Assembly: GCA_963741205.1 (NCBI GenBank)
Contig: CAVUHW010000013.1
Location: 32,001-96,000, forward strand
Length of the DNA stretch: 64,000 bases
Reading direction: 5' to 3'
Origin: Nitrospirota bacterium
GTDB taxonomy: Bacteria; Nitrospirota; UBA9217
Shown here: positions 1 through 11,220 of the stretch, piece by piece
Layout: each line of letters opens with the position of its first letter
How positions within the stretch are numbered: the stretch's first letter is position 1
Program-made: the position numbers and the translations under genes
The notes under the pieces: generated by a model
Database searches by the model: none
Told to the model about the DNA's origin: nothing
The model's input: only the letters and a program-made list of their open reading frames with translations

Positions 1-734
1 TTGCTCATGGCCCGGAACGCGGAGAGCGGATAGAGGACCAGCGATACGTCCGCGCTTCTCAGCTCTTCCACCGTGAAGAGCGGCGTGGCTCCGAATTCGG
101 TGATGTTCGCAAGGATGGGCACTTTCACTGCCTGTGCGAACTTCTTGTAGGTGGCAAGATCCGTAACGGCCTCGGGGAAGATCATGTCAGCGCCGGCAGC
201 GACGCAGGCAACGGCCCGGTCGATCGCGGCCTCGATCCCCTCGACCGCAATGGCGTCGGTCCTGGCCATGATGACGAACTCGGAGTCGGTCCTGGCGTCG
301 ACCGCGGCCTTGATCCGGTCCACCATCTCTTCTTTGGGAACGATGGCCTTGCCCGGCCGGTGGCCGCAGCGCTTTGCCTGGACCTGGTCCTCGATATGCA
401 CCGCGGCAGCGCCGAACTTGATCATGGACTTGATCGTGCGCGCGATGTTGAACGCGCTTCCCCAGCCGGTATCGATGTCGACCAGGACGGGTAGGTCGGT
501 GATGTCGGTGATGCGCCGGACGTCGGTAAGCACGTCGTCCATGGTGCTGATGCCGAGGTCGGGCACCCCAAGCGAACTTGCGGCAACGCCGCCGCCCGAG
601 ACATAGAGGGCCTTGAAACCCGTCCGCTCCGCCAGCCGCGCGGCATAGGCATTGACCGCGCCCATGACCTGCAGCGGTTTTTCTTCCCTGAGTGCGGCCC
701 GGAAACGGGCGCCGGCGGAGCTTGCTCTTGTCAT
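1..734 (-). CDS. prpB: 2-methylisocitrate lyase (3' end runs off window)
   Basis: Read by hand (not in ORF track): [25 protein letters not shown]...[14 protein letters not shown]...LVDIDTGWG...[17 protein letters not shown]; KRCGH catalytic motif; GGAGGA RBS upstream. Confidence 0.93.
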   Translation of the reverse strand, partial: MTRASSAGARFRAALREEKPLQVMGAVNAYAARLAERTGFKALYVSGGGVAASSLGVPDLGISTMDDVLTDVRRITDITDLPVLVDIDTGWGSAFNIARTIKSMIKFGAAAVHIEDQVQAKRCGHRPGKAIVPKEEMVDRIKAAVDARTDSEFVIMARTDAIAVEGIEAAIDRAVACVAAGADMIFPEAVTDLATYKKFAQAVKVPILANITEFGATPLFTVEELRSADVSLVLYPLSAFRAMS

Positions 735-774
735 TGTGGGTCCTCCTCGGAGACTAGCGCTAGCGACACTTTTC

Positions 775-901
775 TGTCATTCCCGCCCCGACGGAGTCGG
801 GATAAACTCCAGCGGGCTTGCCGCGATTTCATCGGGGAATCCATTTTGAAGTTTAAATTGAAAAAGCCAGCCAATGGATACCTGCTTTCGCAAGTATGAC
901 A
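775..901. repeat. GTCAT...ATGAC-bounded REP/MITE-like palindromic repeat, copy 1 (degenerate)
   Basis: TGTCATTCCCGC...GGGGAATCCATTTTGAA...TGGATACCTGCTTTCGCAAGTATGACA; related copies at 12732 and 24154. Confidence 0.7.
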
Positions 902-1395
902 CCTGTGGCGGGATTCGCTGCGATATTACTACGATACAATAATCAAATATATGTTCACTTACTCTCCGAAGTCAAGGGGTATTCGGAAACTCTGTGACCC
1001 CGCGGCGGATGTCGCGTTATCAAGTCCCGCCATTTTGGGATGTTTGAGGGACTCCACTGACCGGCAGAGGAATGCTTGATGCATGTTCTCTAGAGCAAGT
1101 ATCGTTCCAGAATGTTGCAAGGATGAAAGGAAAGAATAAGTTGTTGATATGAAAAAAGACTGAAATGGAGTGACGAGGCTGGGCAGATCTTTCGCACATG
1201 CAACTACGTTCATGTTCGCAAGTTCTTGCAGGCAGCATTTTGCATCTTCCTCGCGGGGTATATATCCCTTCGACAAGAGGACATAGCGATATCAAATTGT
1301 CATTCCAATTTATTTTTACAACAAAGACAATTTCTGATAAACTCTTTTTGTCGCTAGCTTGCGTCAGAGAAACCTGAAACCAAAGGAGTCTGCCA

Positions 1396-2003
1396 ATGGC
1401 CGAGCCTTGGTATGGTAGGTCCTGTCGTTTCCTCGCTTTTATCATGCTGGGAGCATCGGCCCTCTTCGTTGCCTGCGCTTCAGTGTCGATCGAATCGGCA
1501 CGCGATCCCGGTTTTTCCGGCAAGATCAGCCGTCTCTACGTGCTCATCAGGGACGACGGTCAGCTCAAAAGTTCCTATACGCAGAACCTTCAGAAGGCAT
1601 TGACTGAGCGCCTGTCGGCCCGGGGAATTGCAGTCTCAAGTCGAGATCGCCTCTCCTTTGGAATTGGATGAAAGCAAGTATTCGCGGGATATTAAAACAT
1701 TCTCACCCGATGCCGTCCTGGTCGTTCAGTGGGTGGGAGGCACACGCCGTCTTCGCGAGGCAATAGAAGTTTTCTGGGATGCGAGCCTGCGCATTCCGGA
1801 TGACAAAGGCGCGCATCTGGCGCGCTACTATTCACATGTCGGGCGGCTCCAGCCTGTCCAGAATGACTGAAATGGCGGACGGCATGCTTTCCAAGCTGGA
1901 GCAGGATGGGATAATCACCCCCTTCACAAAGGCCGTCAAACAACAGGAGAGCACTGTTCCTTCTCCGGGTTCCGTCGGACCCGAAGGCGGCGCCGGTAAA
2001 TAG
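1396..2003 (+). CDS. Hypothetical lipoprotein, split by frameshifts
   Basis: Signal peptide ending LFVAC; reading continues across ORF pieces 1396-1671, 1628-1870, 1779-2003. Confidence 0.5.
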
Positions 2004-2066
2004 CAGTTCCCTCGATCATTATTTCCCTGCCTTGGGCGGCAGGAATCTATTGTAAGGAGAAAAAAC

Positions 2067-2568
2067 ATGGCTAAGGCGGCAAAGAAAGCAAAGTCAACAG
2101 CAGCACGGCGCATTGCGAAACCGGCGCCGGCGGTAAAGAGGCGCGGCAGCTCCTTCGTTTACCGCGAAGACGGCGAAGGAGATCACCGCGACCTTTAATG
2201 ACAGCATCGGGCTTACCGCGAAGGTGGCCGCAGCGGTCGCAGCGGCGAAGGTGAACATTCTCGCCGCTACCGGCCAGTCGGCAAGCGGGATGCGCAGAAA
2301 CGCTACCTTCACCCTGATCGTGGACGATTACGCCAAGGCGGAGAGGGCCCTCGATAAAATCGGCGCCGAGGATATCTGCGAGTCGTCGATCGTCATGGTC
2401 GAGACGCCGAACAAAGTGGGCGCCCTGGAAAGGGTGGCGAGACTCATCGCGGACGCCGGTATCGACATCTACTATTTCTACGCCACGACCAGCTCCGGTA
2501 AGACGGCGACCTCCGTATTCAAGACGGCCGACGACAAAAAGACGATCAAGGTATTGCGGGAAGCCTAA
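2067..2568 (+). CDS. Tandem ACT-domain protein with Lys/Ala-rich N-terminus (one frameshift near 2160)
   Basis: AAGGAG RBS then ATG 2067 MAKAAKKAKST...; shifted frame gives two ACT-like repeats (NDSIGLTAKVAAAVAAAKVNI; NKVGALERVARLIADAGIDIYYFY). Confidence 0.75.
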
Positions 2569-2615
2569 GGGCGGGTTAAGGAGTCAAGAAGACTTCGCTT
2601 TCACTCATTTGCTGT

Positions 2616-4829
2616 TCACGGGCGGGTGTGCCTGAACATCTCTGCAAGGTCCTGCCAGCGAGGGTCGGCAATGATCTCCTCCAGGGAAAGCGGGTTTTTC
2701 TGCCTCCAGTTGGGGTACTCGGTTACCGTGCCCGGCAGATTCTGCTGATCGATCGTCCCGATCACGTCGTCAAGGCTCACGAGCACGAGCTTTGAGGGAG
2801 AGACGGAGAGGTACCGGTAAATCGCGCAGCACAGCTCGGGTGTCATCGGGGGAACAGGCGAGGGATCTCCCGGGAAGATGCCCGGGAGCATACCGTGCGC
2901 CTGAAGCGCCTGGAGCATCAGTTTCCGGTCCCGCTCCCGGTTGTTCTGCTGCTGGAGATACTGTGAGTCGTCGCGGATGATCCCCACCCGCTTTTTCGCG
3001 TCCAGGTCCCGGCCGGACCAGTAGCCGGAGAGCGTGGGAAGGTCATGGGTCGCTATCGCGCAGAGCGCCATCGCGGGGAAGCGATCGGGAGCGATGAAGG
3101 AAGGGTCGGGATAGTTCCGTTCGAAATAGAAAAGCCGGTACGACAAAATGCCGAAGCGCTGAAGCATCCAGCGCGCCTCGTCCGTAATCGTTCCGAGGTC
3201 TTCGCCGATCACCAGGGTCCTGTTTCGCACGCTCTCCAGTGCGATGATCCGGAGGAGCTCTTCGGCATTGCACCGCACGTACGCACCGTCGCGGGGCGCA
3301 GTCCCCTGCGGGATCCAGAAGAGCCTGAAGAGGCCGAGGGCGTGGTCAATCCGAAGCGCTCCCATATGCTGCATGTTCTTCCTGATCGTCCTGATGAACA
3401 GGTCATAGCCGCTTTCCCGAAGCTTGTCCGGGATCATGGGCGGAAACCCCCAGTCCTGGCCAAGCGTGTTGAAATCATCGGGCGGGGCGCCCACCGCCAC
3501 CTGTAACGCCAAAACATCCTGATACATCCATCCGTCGCTGCCTCCGCAGATCGCTCCGACGGCCAGATCACCGTACAGACCGATCGGCATGTTCCGGGAC
3601 GCGGCCGCTGCTGACACCTCGGCCATCTGGGTGTCGATGAGCCACTGGATGTAGGCAAAAAAGAGCACCCTCTTTTCATTGTCCTTCCCGAAGGCGACAG
3701 CCGCCCCGCTGTGCGGCGAGTGGTACTCTTCCGGCCACATTGTCCACACACATGCCTCGTGTACCGTATTCATCCGCTCCGAAAGAGCGAGGAAGAGGGC
3801 GTAGTTCTCGAGCGGCTTCCCTTCCGAGGCCAGATACTCCCGGAATGCCTTGCCCCTCGGAGATCCCTTCAGGTAATGATCGCGGTAGAAAAGTTCAAAG
3901 GCCCGTTCGAGCAATTCCTGTTTGACGGCCGCGACACCCTCATAGTCAATGTGCTCGCTTTTTTTGAGTGACGCGATCTTTTCCGCGGTCTGCGCCGACC
4001 GTGGGATGTGAGCCGTCTCGGCAACAGCGTCCAGGTCAATGTAGATGAGGTTTTTGTACAACCTGCTGACGGGAGAATAGGGGCTTATTCCGTAGGGGAC
4101 GGTATTGGGGATCGCATGGAGCGGGTTGATCCCGACCAGACCGGCGTCCAGCTGCGACGCCCAGACGACGAGCCTGCGCAGGTCGCCCAGATCGCCGACT
4201 CCCCAGTTTTGCTCCGAACGAAACGCATAGAGATTGGCTGCAATGCCCCACGTCCTCCCCGTCCCGAGTTTTTCCGGCATATAGCATGAATCCGGCGTGA
4301 TGATCAGGCGGGCCGACCGATCGAGTGAGCAGGCGCCGTTTCCGAAGACCGGATCCGGGTGCGAGCAGGTGACCGAGAGGGTGTAATAACCGATTTCCCT
4401 TTCGGGGATGGACAGCAGGATTCTTACGATCCGCCGGTCATCGATGATCTGTTGCTCTTCAACCTTCAGTGTGCCTGCCGGAAAATCGATCGTCTGCTTC
4501 TTCCCCGCTTCGTCCTCCACGGTCAGCACGATACTTGCTGCGTGCTCCTTTCCTTCCGGCACCGGCAAGTGCATTGACAGGCGGTGCGGCTGGGCATGGA
4601 CCGAGATGATCGTTACGGGGTCAAGCACGGCGTGCCAGGGCTGCATCTTTTTCTTCACGATTCCCCGGCTGATGTCTTCCGCGGTGCCGACCGGGAAGCC
4701 CATTGCAGACAGAATCGCTGCCCTCGTTTGCGGGGAAGTGACATGCCTGTTGCCGAAGATATCGTAATACTCGGGGAGAATGCCGGCAAGCTCGGACAGT
4801 TCGGCTATCAGATTTTCGTAGTTGTCCAT
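2616..4829 (-). CDS. malQ: 4-alpha-glucanotransferase (amylomaltase, GH77)
   Basis: WGVGDLGDL, SPYSPVSR, GDLAVG, GAPPDDFNTLGQDWG, RIDHALG, GEDLG, THDLPT, QNLPGT motifs; probable start MDNYEN at 4829. Confidence 0.95.
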   Translation of the reverse strand: MDNYENLIAELSELAGILPEYYDIFGNRHVTSPQTRAAILSAMGFPVGTAEDISRGIVKKKMQPWHAVLDPVTIISVHAQPHRLSMHLPVPEGKEHAASIVLTVEDEAGKKQTIDFPAGTLKVEEQQIIDDRRIVRILLSIPEREIGYYTLSVTCSHPDPVFGNGACSLDRSARLIITPDSCYMPEKLGTGRTWGIAANLYAFRSEQNWGVGDLGDLRRLVVWASQLDAGLVGINPLHAIPNTVPYGISPYSPVSRLYKNLIYIDLDAVAETAHIPRSAQTAEKIASLKKSEHIDYEGVAAVKQELLERAFELFYRDHYLKGSPRGKAFREYLASEGKPLENYALFLALSERMNTVHEACVWTMWPEEYHSPHSGAAVAFGKDNEKRVLFFAYIQWLIDTQMAEVSAAAASRNMPIGLYGDLAVGAICGGSDGWMYQDVLALQVAVGAPPDDFNTLGQDWGFPPMIPDKLRESGYDLFIRTIRKNMQHMGALRIDHALGLFRLFWIPQGTAPRDGAYVRCNAEELLRIIALESVRNRTLVIGEDLGTITDEARWMLQRFGILSYRLFYFERNYPDPSFIAPDRFPAMALCAIATHDLPTLSGYWSGRDLDAKKRVGIIRDDSQYLQQQNNRERDRKLMLQALQAHGMLPGIFPGDPSPVPPMTPELCCAIYRYLSVSPSKLVLVSLDDVIGTIDQQNLPGTVTEYPNWRQKNPLSLEEIIADPRWQDLAEMFRHTRP

Positions 4830-5522
4830 ATAAGAAATATTACCACGTTCTATCCGGAAATGTTTGAGCCGGTGCTGCTTGTGCCGGTATGGGGTGAGGT
4901 TCCAGATCGGTAATTTTGGGGAGAGTAACTTTAAGGTTTTCTTCTCGATCCTTGACGCGAGAGCGCAGCTGCAAACCCCAAAAGACAACATAAGGATATG
5001 AGGTGCTTTGTTAATGAAGTTATCAGTAGATCCCACTGCACACTTTGCTGCAAAACAGAGTATTGTCCGTCAAAGCGAGTGAAAAGCTCGATTGATCGGC
5101 GCTATTTCACCCATGAAACAGGGGCATTTGCCCCAATTCGTATCGTAATAGTGTTGTACAAGGATGGCAGCATGGTTATTAGTTTAATATCTCCCCGAAT
5201 CTCCTTGATTAAATAATCGAAATTTATTTCTAATTATTATGAACATAAGCTTAAGCTTAGCGTAAAACTTGCACTGTTTATTGGCTAAATACTTTTCTCA
5301 CGTCAGCATCTCCACTGATTGGTTGGCATTTTATCCAGAGGTTATGGGACGGCTGGGGGACGTAGTTGCACCCGTTGCGTAGAGGGATTTTGAAGTTGTT
5401 GTGAGAAGCTGATTTTAGGAAAAAGATAATAGTTCAGGGTTCAAAGTTCAAAGTTCGAAGTAATAATATAGTCCAGAGCTCAAACCAGAGTTCAATATTG
5501 AGACCGCGAGAGGAGAACGAGC

Positions 5523-5777
5523 ATGATACATAAGGCCAGAGCAACATGCAAAAATGGACACACCGTGGAATTCGGTCCTTGCAACAAGGAGTTCACCAAG
5601 TTCTTCCTTTTCAAATCGGTTTGTACTTCGACGGACCATGAGGTCGTTTCCGCCGATGAGATCCAGTGCCAGCAGTGCAAGACGATCCATATGGCCCGGC
5701 TATGCAAGAAATGCGGGGAGTATGTGCCGGTGGCGAAGTTCAATCAGAAAACTCAATTTGAAAGATTAAAAAGATAG
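5523..5777 (+). CDS. Small Cys-rich putative zinc-ribbon protein, 84 aa
   Basis: AGGAG RBS; CKNGH, CQQC, CKKC and two more Cys. Confidence 0.7.
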   Translation: MIHKARATCKNGHTVEFGPCNKEFTKFFLFKSVCTSTDHEVVSADEIQCQQCKTIHMARLCKKCGEYVPVAKFNQKTQFERLKR

Positions 5778-5848
5778 TTCAGGGTTTATTAGCCGCGAAT
5801 GAACGTGAATAGAGGCAAGGATTAATTGAGGGTGGAGGGGGCCGCTCG

Positions 5849-5971
5849 GGCAAAAGAGAATGCCCTTGGATGGAAACCGATTATGTGTTGCTCCAATTCA
5901 ACGACACATCGCGAAGAGCACGAAAGGCATATCGGGTTTTCGTGCAAGAAGGGTTAATGGGTCAGACTTAA
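5849..5971 (+). pseudogene. Fragment resembling the C-terminal part of a REP-associated (Y1/IS200-like) tyrosine transposase
   Basis: Hand translation GKRECPWMETDYVLLQFNDTSRRARKAYRVFVQEGLMGQT*, similar from memory to the W..TDYVL..F.....AR..YR.FV.EG segment of RAYT-like transposases; no start or catalytic HUH part. Confidence 0.5.
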
Positions 5972-6151
5972 AGATTGAGATTTGTTTGGAAATAAACATG
6001 CGGGTTTTTTATCTTGAAATTGATAGTTGTTTCACTTTGACGAGAGGACGGATTTGTAGAACCTGAGGTGATCCTGTCCCTCGTTGCTCCGGTATTCGCC
6101 GACTAAGTAAACGTGTAATACCCCACGGCACACTCGCTGCTCAATTCCCCT

Positions 6152-7879
6152 CTAGGGTTTGATCTTGTACTTCTTGATCTTGTAATACAGGTTCCGAACC
6201 GCCGTTCCGAGGAGCTGCGCGGCCTGTTCACGGTTTCCTTTGGCCTCGTGGAGAGCGCGCTCGATGGCGGCTCGCTCCGCCTCGGCGATCACCTGGGAGA
6301 GGGGCCGGACCGGCCCCGCTTGCTGACCCAGGATGATCTGGCCGATGCGTTCGCACTCGAAAAGGGGCAGGTGCGCGAGCTCAATGGTCCTCTCCGCGGG
6401 TTTCATGTTGATCATGGCCCGTCCAATCACGCTCTCCAGCTCCCGCACGTTCCCCGGCCACTGGTAATCCTTCATCGCTTCCATTGCCTCGTCCGCGATC
6501 CGCTCGACCTGCCTGCCGTAGTCCCGGTTCAGCCGCACGAGCAGATGTGTCGCGATCACCGGAATGTCGTCCGTAATGCTCCGGAGGGGCGGGATGCGGA
6601 TCGGGAGCACGTTCAGGCGGTAGTAGAGGTCCTCGCGAAAGGAACCGTCCTTGATCTTCAGCTCCAGGTTGGCGTTGGTCGCGGCGATGACCCGCACGTC
6701 CACGGCAATGGGTATGGTGCTGCCGACCTTCATGACCTCTTTTTCCTGCAGCACCCGAAGGAGTTTTTTCTGGAGGGAGGGCGTGATGTCGCCGATCTCG
6801 TCCAGGAAGATAGTGCCCCCTTGGGCCTCCTGGAAGAGGCCGCGCTTGCCGCCCTTCATCGCGCCGGTGAAGGCGCCCTCCTCGTAACCGAAGAGCTCAC
6901 TTTCGAGCAACTGCTCGGGCAGGGCCGCGCAGTTCACGCGCACGAACTGGCCCTTGCTCCTTCTGCTCGCGTTGTGGATGGCGTGGGCGAAGAGCTCCTT
7001 GCCGGTCCCGCTCTCGCCCCGCAGGAGCACGGTAGCGGGCGTCCCGGCGGCGCGCATGGCCTGTTCCTTGGCGGAGGCCAGTGCCGCGCTCGTTCCCACG
7101 ATGTCGTCCCACGTATACCGCGCTTCGAGGCGTCGGATGAGCTTTTTGGCGTGGGCGAGCTCCGAGGTCAGGGCCATGATCTCGGAGATGTCCTGGATCG
7201 TTCCCACGCTGCCGCGGATTTTCCCGCCGATATAGATCGGGGCCACGTTCACGATCACTTCTTTTTTCACGGGTCCGACCTTCATCCGTATGTTCCTGAC
7301 GGGCCTGCCGGTCTTAAGCACCTGCAGGTGCATGCTCTCGCCTTCCGCGATGTCCACCGTCACGGGCTTGTCCACGACCGCGTCCTTCGCAAGCCCGGTG
7401 ATGCGCGTGTACGCCGGGTTGACGATGATGGTGTTGCCGCGCTCGTCCGCCACGGAGATGGCGTCTGCCGTGGACTCGATAACCGCTTCGAGGAGGCTCC
7501 GCACGTTCCAGAGGCCGGTCACCTTGTCCGCGAGGGTCCTGATCTCCGTGATGTCGCGAAAGACGGCCACGGCGCCGATGACCTCTCCGTCTTCGCTTCT
7601 GACCGGCACCCGGTTCGTGACGATGACGATATTATTGAGGCTCTGTTCCTGGTTGATTTCGGGCTTGCCCTCGGCGAGGACTACGTGAAGGCGGGTGTTG
7701 GGAATGACCTTGATGGCGGGACGGTCGAGCACCATCCCGGCCTTGAGGCCCGTGATCCGCTCCGCGGCCCGGTTGAAGAGGGTAACAATGCCGGACCGGT
7801 CCACGGCGATCATCCCGTCATGGGTAGAGTCGAGGATGATGTCTATTTCACGAGCGGTAAGGGTGGCCATGTCATGCAC
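6152..7879 (-). CDS. PAS-PAS sigma-54-dependent Fis-family activator (BkdR/RocR-like)
   Basis: Two PAS repeats, GESGTGKE Walker [32 protein letters not shown]-terminal HTH. Confidence 0.93.
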   Translation of the reverse strand: MHDMATLTAREIDIILDSTHDGMIAVDRSGIVTLFNRAAERITGLKAGMVLDRPAIKVIPNTRLHVVLAEGKPEINQEQSLNNIVIVTNRVPVRSEDGEVIGAVAVFRDITEIRTLADKVTGLWNVRSLLEAVIESTADAISVADERGNTIIVNPAYTRITGLAKDAVVDKPVTVDIAEGESMHLQVLKTGRPVRNIRMKVGPVKKEVIVNVAPIYIGGKIRGSVGTIQDISEIMALTSELAHAKKLIRRLEARYTWDDIVGTSAALASAKEQAMRAAGTPATVLLRGESGTGKELFAHAIHNASRRSKGQFVRVNCAALPEQLLESELFGYEEGAFTGAMKGGKRGLFQEAQGGTIFLDEIGDITPSLQKKLLRVLQEKEVMKVGSTIPIAVDVRVIAATNANLELKIKDGSFREDLYYRLNVLPIRIPPLRSITDDIPVIATHLLVRLNRDYGRQVERIADEAMEAMKDYQWPGNVRELESVIGRAMINMKPAERTIELAHLPLFECERIGQIILGQQAGPVRPLSQVIAEAERAAIERALHEAKGNREQAAQLLGTAVRNLYYKIKKYKIKP

Positions 7880-7977
7880 CTGGATGAATTGTACTGTATC
7901 TCATGCCCTTTGGCAATTGTACCATGAGTATTCGCACTGAGAGAGCATGCAAATTTTTTGTTCTTTTGCTCGCGCTG

Positions 7978-9896
7978 TTATCGCAATTCCTCAAAAAAAT
8001 TCTTGAACTCTTCCCGTTCGTCGGTGATCCTGCACTTCGGAATGGACTTCAAAAAGGACTTTCCGTAGTTCTTCGTCATGATGCGCGAGTCGAGGACCGC
8101 GACCGCGCCTTTGTCCGTTTTCGTGCGGATGAGCCTGCCGAATCCCTGGCGGAACAGGAGCGTGGCCTGCGGGACCTGGTACTCGAAGAAGGGGTTATTG
8201 AGCCTTTCCATGCGCGACTCGACGATGGGATCGTCGGGCACGGCAAAGGGGAGCTTCGCGATCACGACGCATTGGAGCGCGTCGCCGGGGATGTCGATCC
8301 CCTGCCAGAACGACGCGGTGCCCATGAGCACGGCATGGGGGATGCTCTTGAACTGCTCGATCAGGCGGTAGGCCGGCATCTCGCCCTGGCACAGGAATCC
8401 GAGGTCCGGCAGCTCCCTCCGCAGCGTCTCGGCGCTCTTTCGGAGCTGGCCGTAGCTCGTGAAGAGCACCAGCGTCCTTCCCCGCGTAATCGACAGAACG
8501 GACTTCAGTTCGCTGTCGAATTTTTCCTGGTAGCCTTCCGCCTGCTGGTCCTCCAGTCCCGGCGCGATATAGAGCATGGCCTGGTTCTCAAAATCAAAGG
8601 GCGAGTCGAGCAGAAGCTCGGCGGGCGCGTCGAGGCCCAGGCGGCTTCTGATGTACGTGAAGGAACCTGCCGAGGAAAGCGTGGCGGACGTAAGCACCAC
8701 GGTCTCCGTCTTGCCGAAGAGCTGCTCCCTGAGCGTTTCGGCGACGTCGATGGGAGAGGCGACGAGGCGGTAGCGCTGGTTCTCGCGCTCGGCCCAGTAC
8801 ACGAAGCCCTCGGCGCTCTGGTCCAGGTTCATGCGCACGGCGGCGGCGAGCGACTGGGCGCGCGAGGCGAAGGCCTTGACCTCGAGCTCTTCCTCCTGCG
8901 ACTCGGCGATGAGTTCCAGGAGCGCGTCAGAGAGCTCCATGAGCGGTTCGCTCAGGATGTCGGGAATGATGTTGCGCCGTCTGATCCTCATGACGGGCTC
9001 TTTCAGCCAGCAAGGGGTGGAGGTTCAGGAAGAAGTTGTCGGAAATGACCCGGAGCCCGTCGACCATGCCGCGCACCGTCTGGACCTCCGGCCCCTGCGC
9101 CGTGAGCCGCGTCAGGAGGCCCTTGCGCGTGCGCTGGGAGAGGAGCGTGTCCAGGAGGTACTTGACCGAGAAGTTCGTCACCTCGACGCCCAGGTAATCG
9201 GTGGCCACGTCCTCGACCTGGTGGGCCTCGTCGAACACCACGGCCTTGTACTGCGGGAGCACGTTTCCTCCCGTGGCCATGTCGGCGAAGAAGAGATGGT
9301 GGTTGGCCACGAGGATATGGGCCTGCTGTTCGATCGATTTTGTTTTCTGGTAGAAGCAGTCTTTGTAATAGGAGCAGTCCTTGCCGAAGCAGAGGTCCGC
9401 CTGGCGGCAGGCCTTGGCCCAGAGACCGTGCGGCGGTTCGACGGCGAGTTCGCTCCGGAGGCCCGTGCGCGTCATCGTGGACCACTCGAAGAGGCGGTTC
9501 AGCGGCTCGATCTCGTTCTGTTCGTAGAGGCTGCCGATGCGGCAGTGCGTCGAACCTTCGGAGGCAGAGGTAGTTCTCCCCGCCCACGCACAGGGCATAC
9601 CGGAAATCGCCGAGCACCTTTTTCAGGAACGGCAGGTCCTTGTCCACGAGCTGCTGCTGGAGGGCCTTGGTATAGGTCGCGACGACGGCGCGGCTGTTCT
9701 CGTTTCGCGCGAAGAGGATGAGCGGGACGAGGTACGCCAGGCTCTTGCCCACGCCGGTGCCCGCCTCGACGATGAGGTGGGTCTTATCGGCAAGCGCCTT
9801 CTCGACCGCGGCGGCCATATCGATCTGCTGGGGCCGGTGCTCGTAGTTTTTGTTCATGGCCCGGCTGATCATCCCGGATTCGCCGAAGATCTTCAT
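7978..9896 (-). CDS. dinG: DinG/YoaA family ATP-dependent helicase (frameshifted)
   Basis: RPQQ Q-motif, EAGTGVGKS, Fe-S Cys segment, DEAH, TSATL, SPFDF, LFTSY, SFWQGID, KLPF, QGFGRLIR across three ORF pieces. Confidence 0.88.
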
Positions 9897-10196
9897 GCGT
9901 TCATTGGTCCCATAAAGTAACACGGGGCAGGGGAGATTGCAAACGCTATCTGATAGTGCGGCGCACCTCTGTGAGCCTGCCAAGAATGACCTCAATTGGG
10001 AATCCATCTCGTATTGGCCTTGTAACGAAGACTGCAGTTTTTTCGCCGAAAGCTTCACCTGCAGCTCCCTTCCCAATCTCTTCACCTTACCTTCATTGTC
10101 AACAAACCACAATTCTACTTGTATATCCCGGTTTTTTTAGGGTTTTTACCGGCTTTTTGTTGCACTAATCCGGTTGTTGTGTTACTATGCTGGCTT

Positions 10197-11220
10197 ATGC
10201 GAACGGCTGTTTTCCTTATAATTTTTGCTTTTCTGGCGCTGCCCGCCGGTTCCGGCGCGGCCGACCAAGGGACTGACGGTCAAGGGCGTGCGGTTCTCGA
10301 CCTATTCGACCTTCACCCGCATCGTATTCGAAGTCGAAGCGGCTGCGCCGTATGTCCTGACGAGGTCGCGGGACGGCAAGAGCATCATGCTGGGTTCCTA
10401 TGAAGGGCCCCTCGTCCTCTAGTCGCCTCTGCCTGCGATCCATGACAGCATGGTGGCCGGCATGGAGACCTGGGAAGAGGCGGGCAGGACCTATCCTGGC
10501 GATCCGTCTCGCAACCGCCGCGGGCGAGGCAAAGGACTTTGCCCTTCGCGGTCCGGACCGGATCGTCCTCGACATCATGAAGGGGACGGCCGCATCCGCT
10601 CCCGCGCCTCCGCAGGACCAGCCGGTCGTGGTCGTCCTCGACCCGGGCCACGGCGGCAGGGATTCCGGGGCTCTTGACGGGACAGGCGGTCGAGAAGACA
10701 TTCGATCTCGAGCTTGCGCTGGCCGTCGGTAAAATCCTTCGCGACGTCGGGCCGTCTGAAGGTGGTCATCACCCGCGAGAAGGACCAGGCCCTCACGCTC
10801 GACGAACGGGCAGCCTCGGCCAACGCCGCGGGGGCGTCGGTCTTTGTGAGCATTCACGCCGCGCCCGGGGCCGGCGCCCGGGTCTATATCCAGGATCTCA
10901 CCGACGACGCGGAGGCCGCGGCCCAGGCCCGCCCCGTGAGCGGAGACTTCCTCGGTTACGAGACCGGGAGCGAGCGGCGGGAGATGGTCTGGAGCAAACA
11001 GCAGGCGCCGCATGCGCAGCAGAGCGGCGAACTCGGCCGGAAACTCGCGCGCCGGCTCGCGGGAAATGAGAGCGCCGAGCCGGTGCAGGCCCCGCTCGCC
11101 GGGCTGAAGGCCGTGGACGCGGCCGCGGTCCTGATCGAGGTCGGCATGGGGCAGGACCTCGCACGGTCGGCCCAGGATATCGCCAGGGGGATTGAGCAGT
11201 ATGTCACCGACAACCGATAG
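10197..11220 (+). CDS. N-acetylmuramoyl-L-alanine amidase with AMIN-like N-terminal domain (frameshifted)
   Basis: Signal peptide; VRFSTYSTFTRIVFE; VVLDPGHGGRDSGA; FVSIHA; VLIEVG. Confidence 0.85.

Noticed and set aside
959-1523. Minus-strand ORFs of 105 and 167 aa in the AT-rich region
   Set aside because: No motifs or RBS, atypical composition, overlap with the lipoprotein gene.
5331-5390. TTATCCAGAG start resembling a SAM riboswitch
   Set aside because: Downstream GAGGGA-CTGGCCC, GCAACC and GGTGC elements are missing.
6126-6141. GG-N10-GC sigma-54-like motif (CGGCACACTCGCTGCT)
   Set aside because: Points antisense into the activator's 3' end with no downstream gene; imperfect consensus.
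6248-7927. Long antisense ORFs (559 aa here, 516 aa opposite rpoB, others)
   Set aside because: Shadow frames of real high-GC genes.
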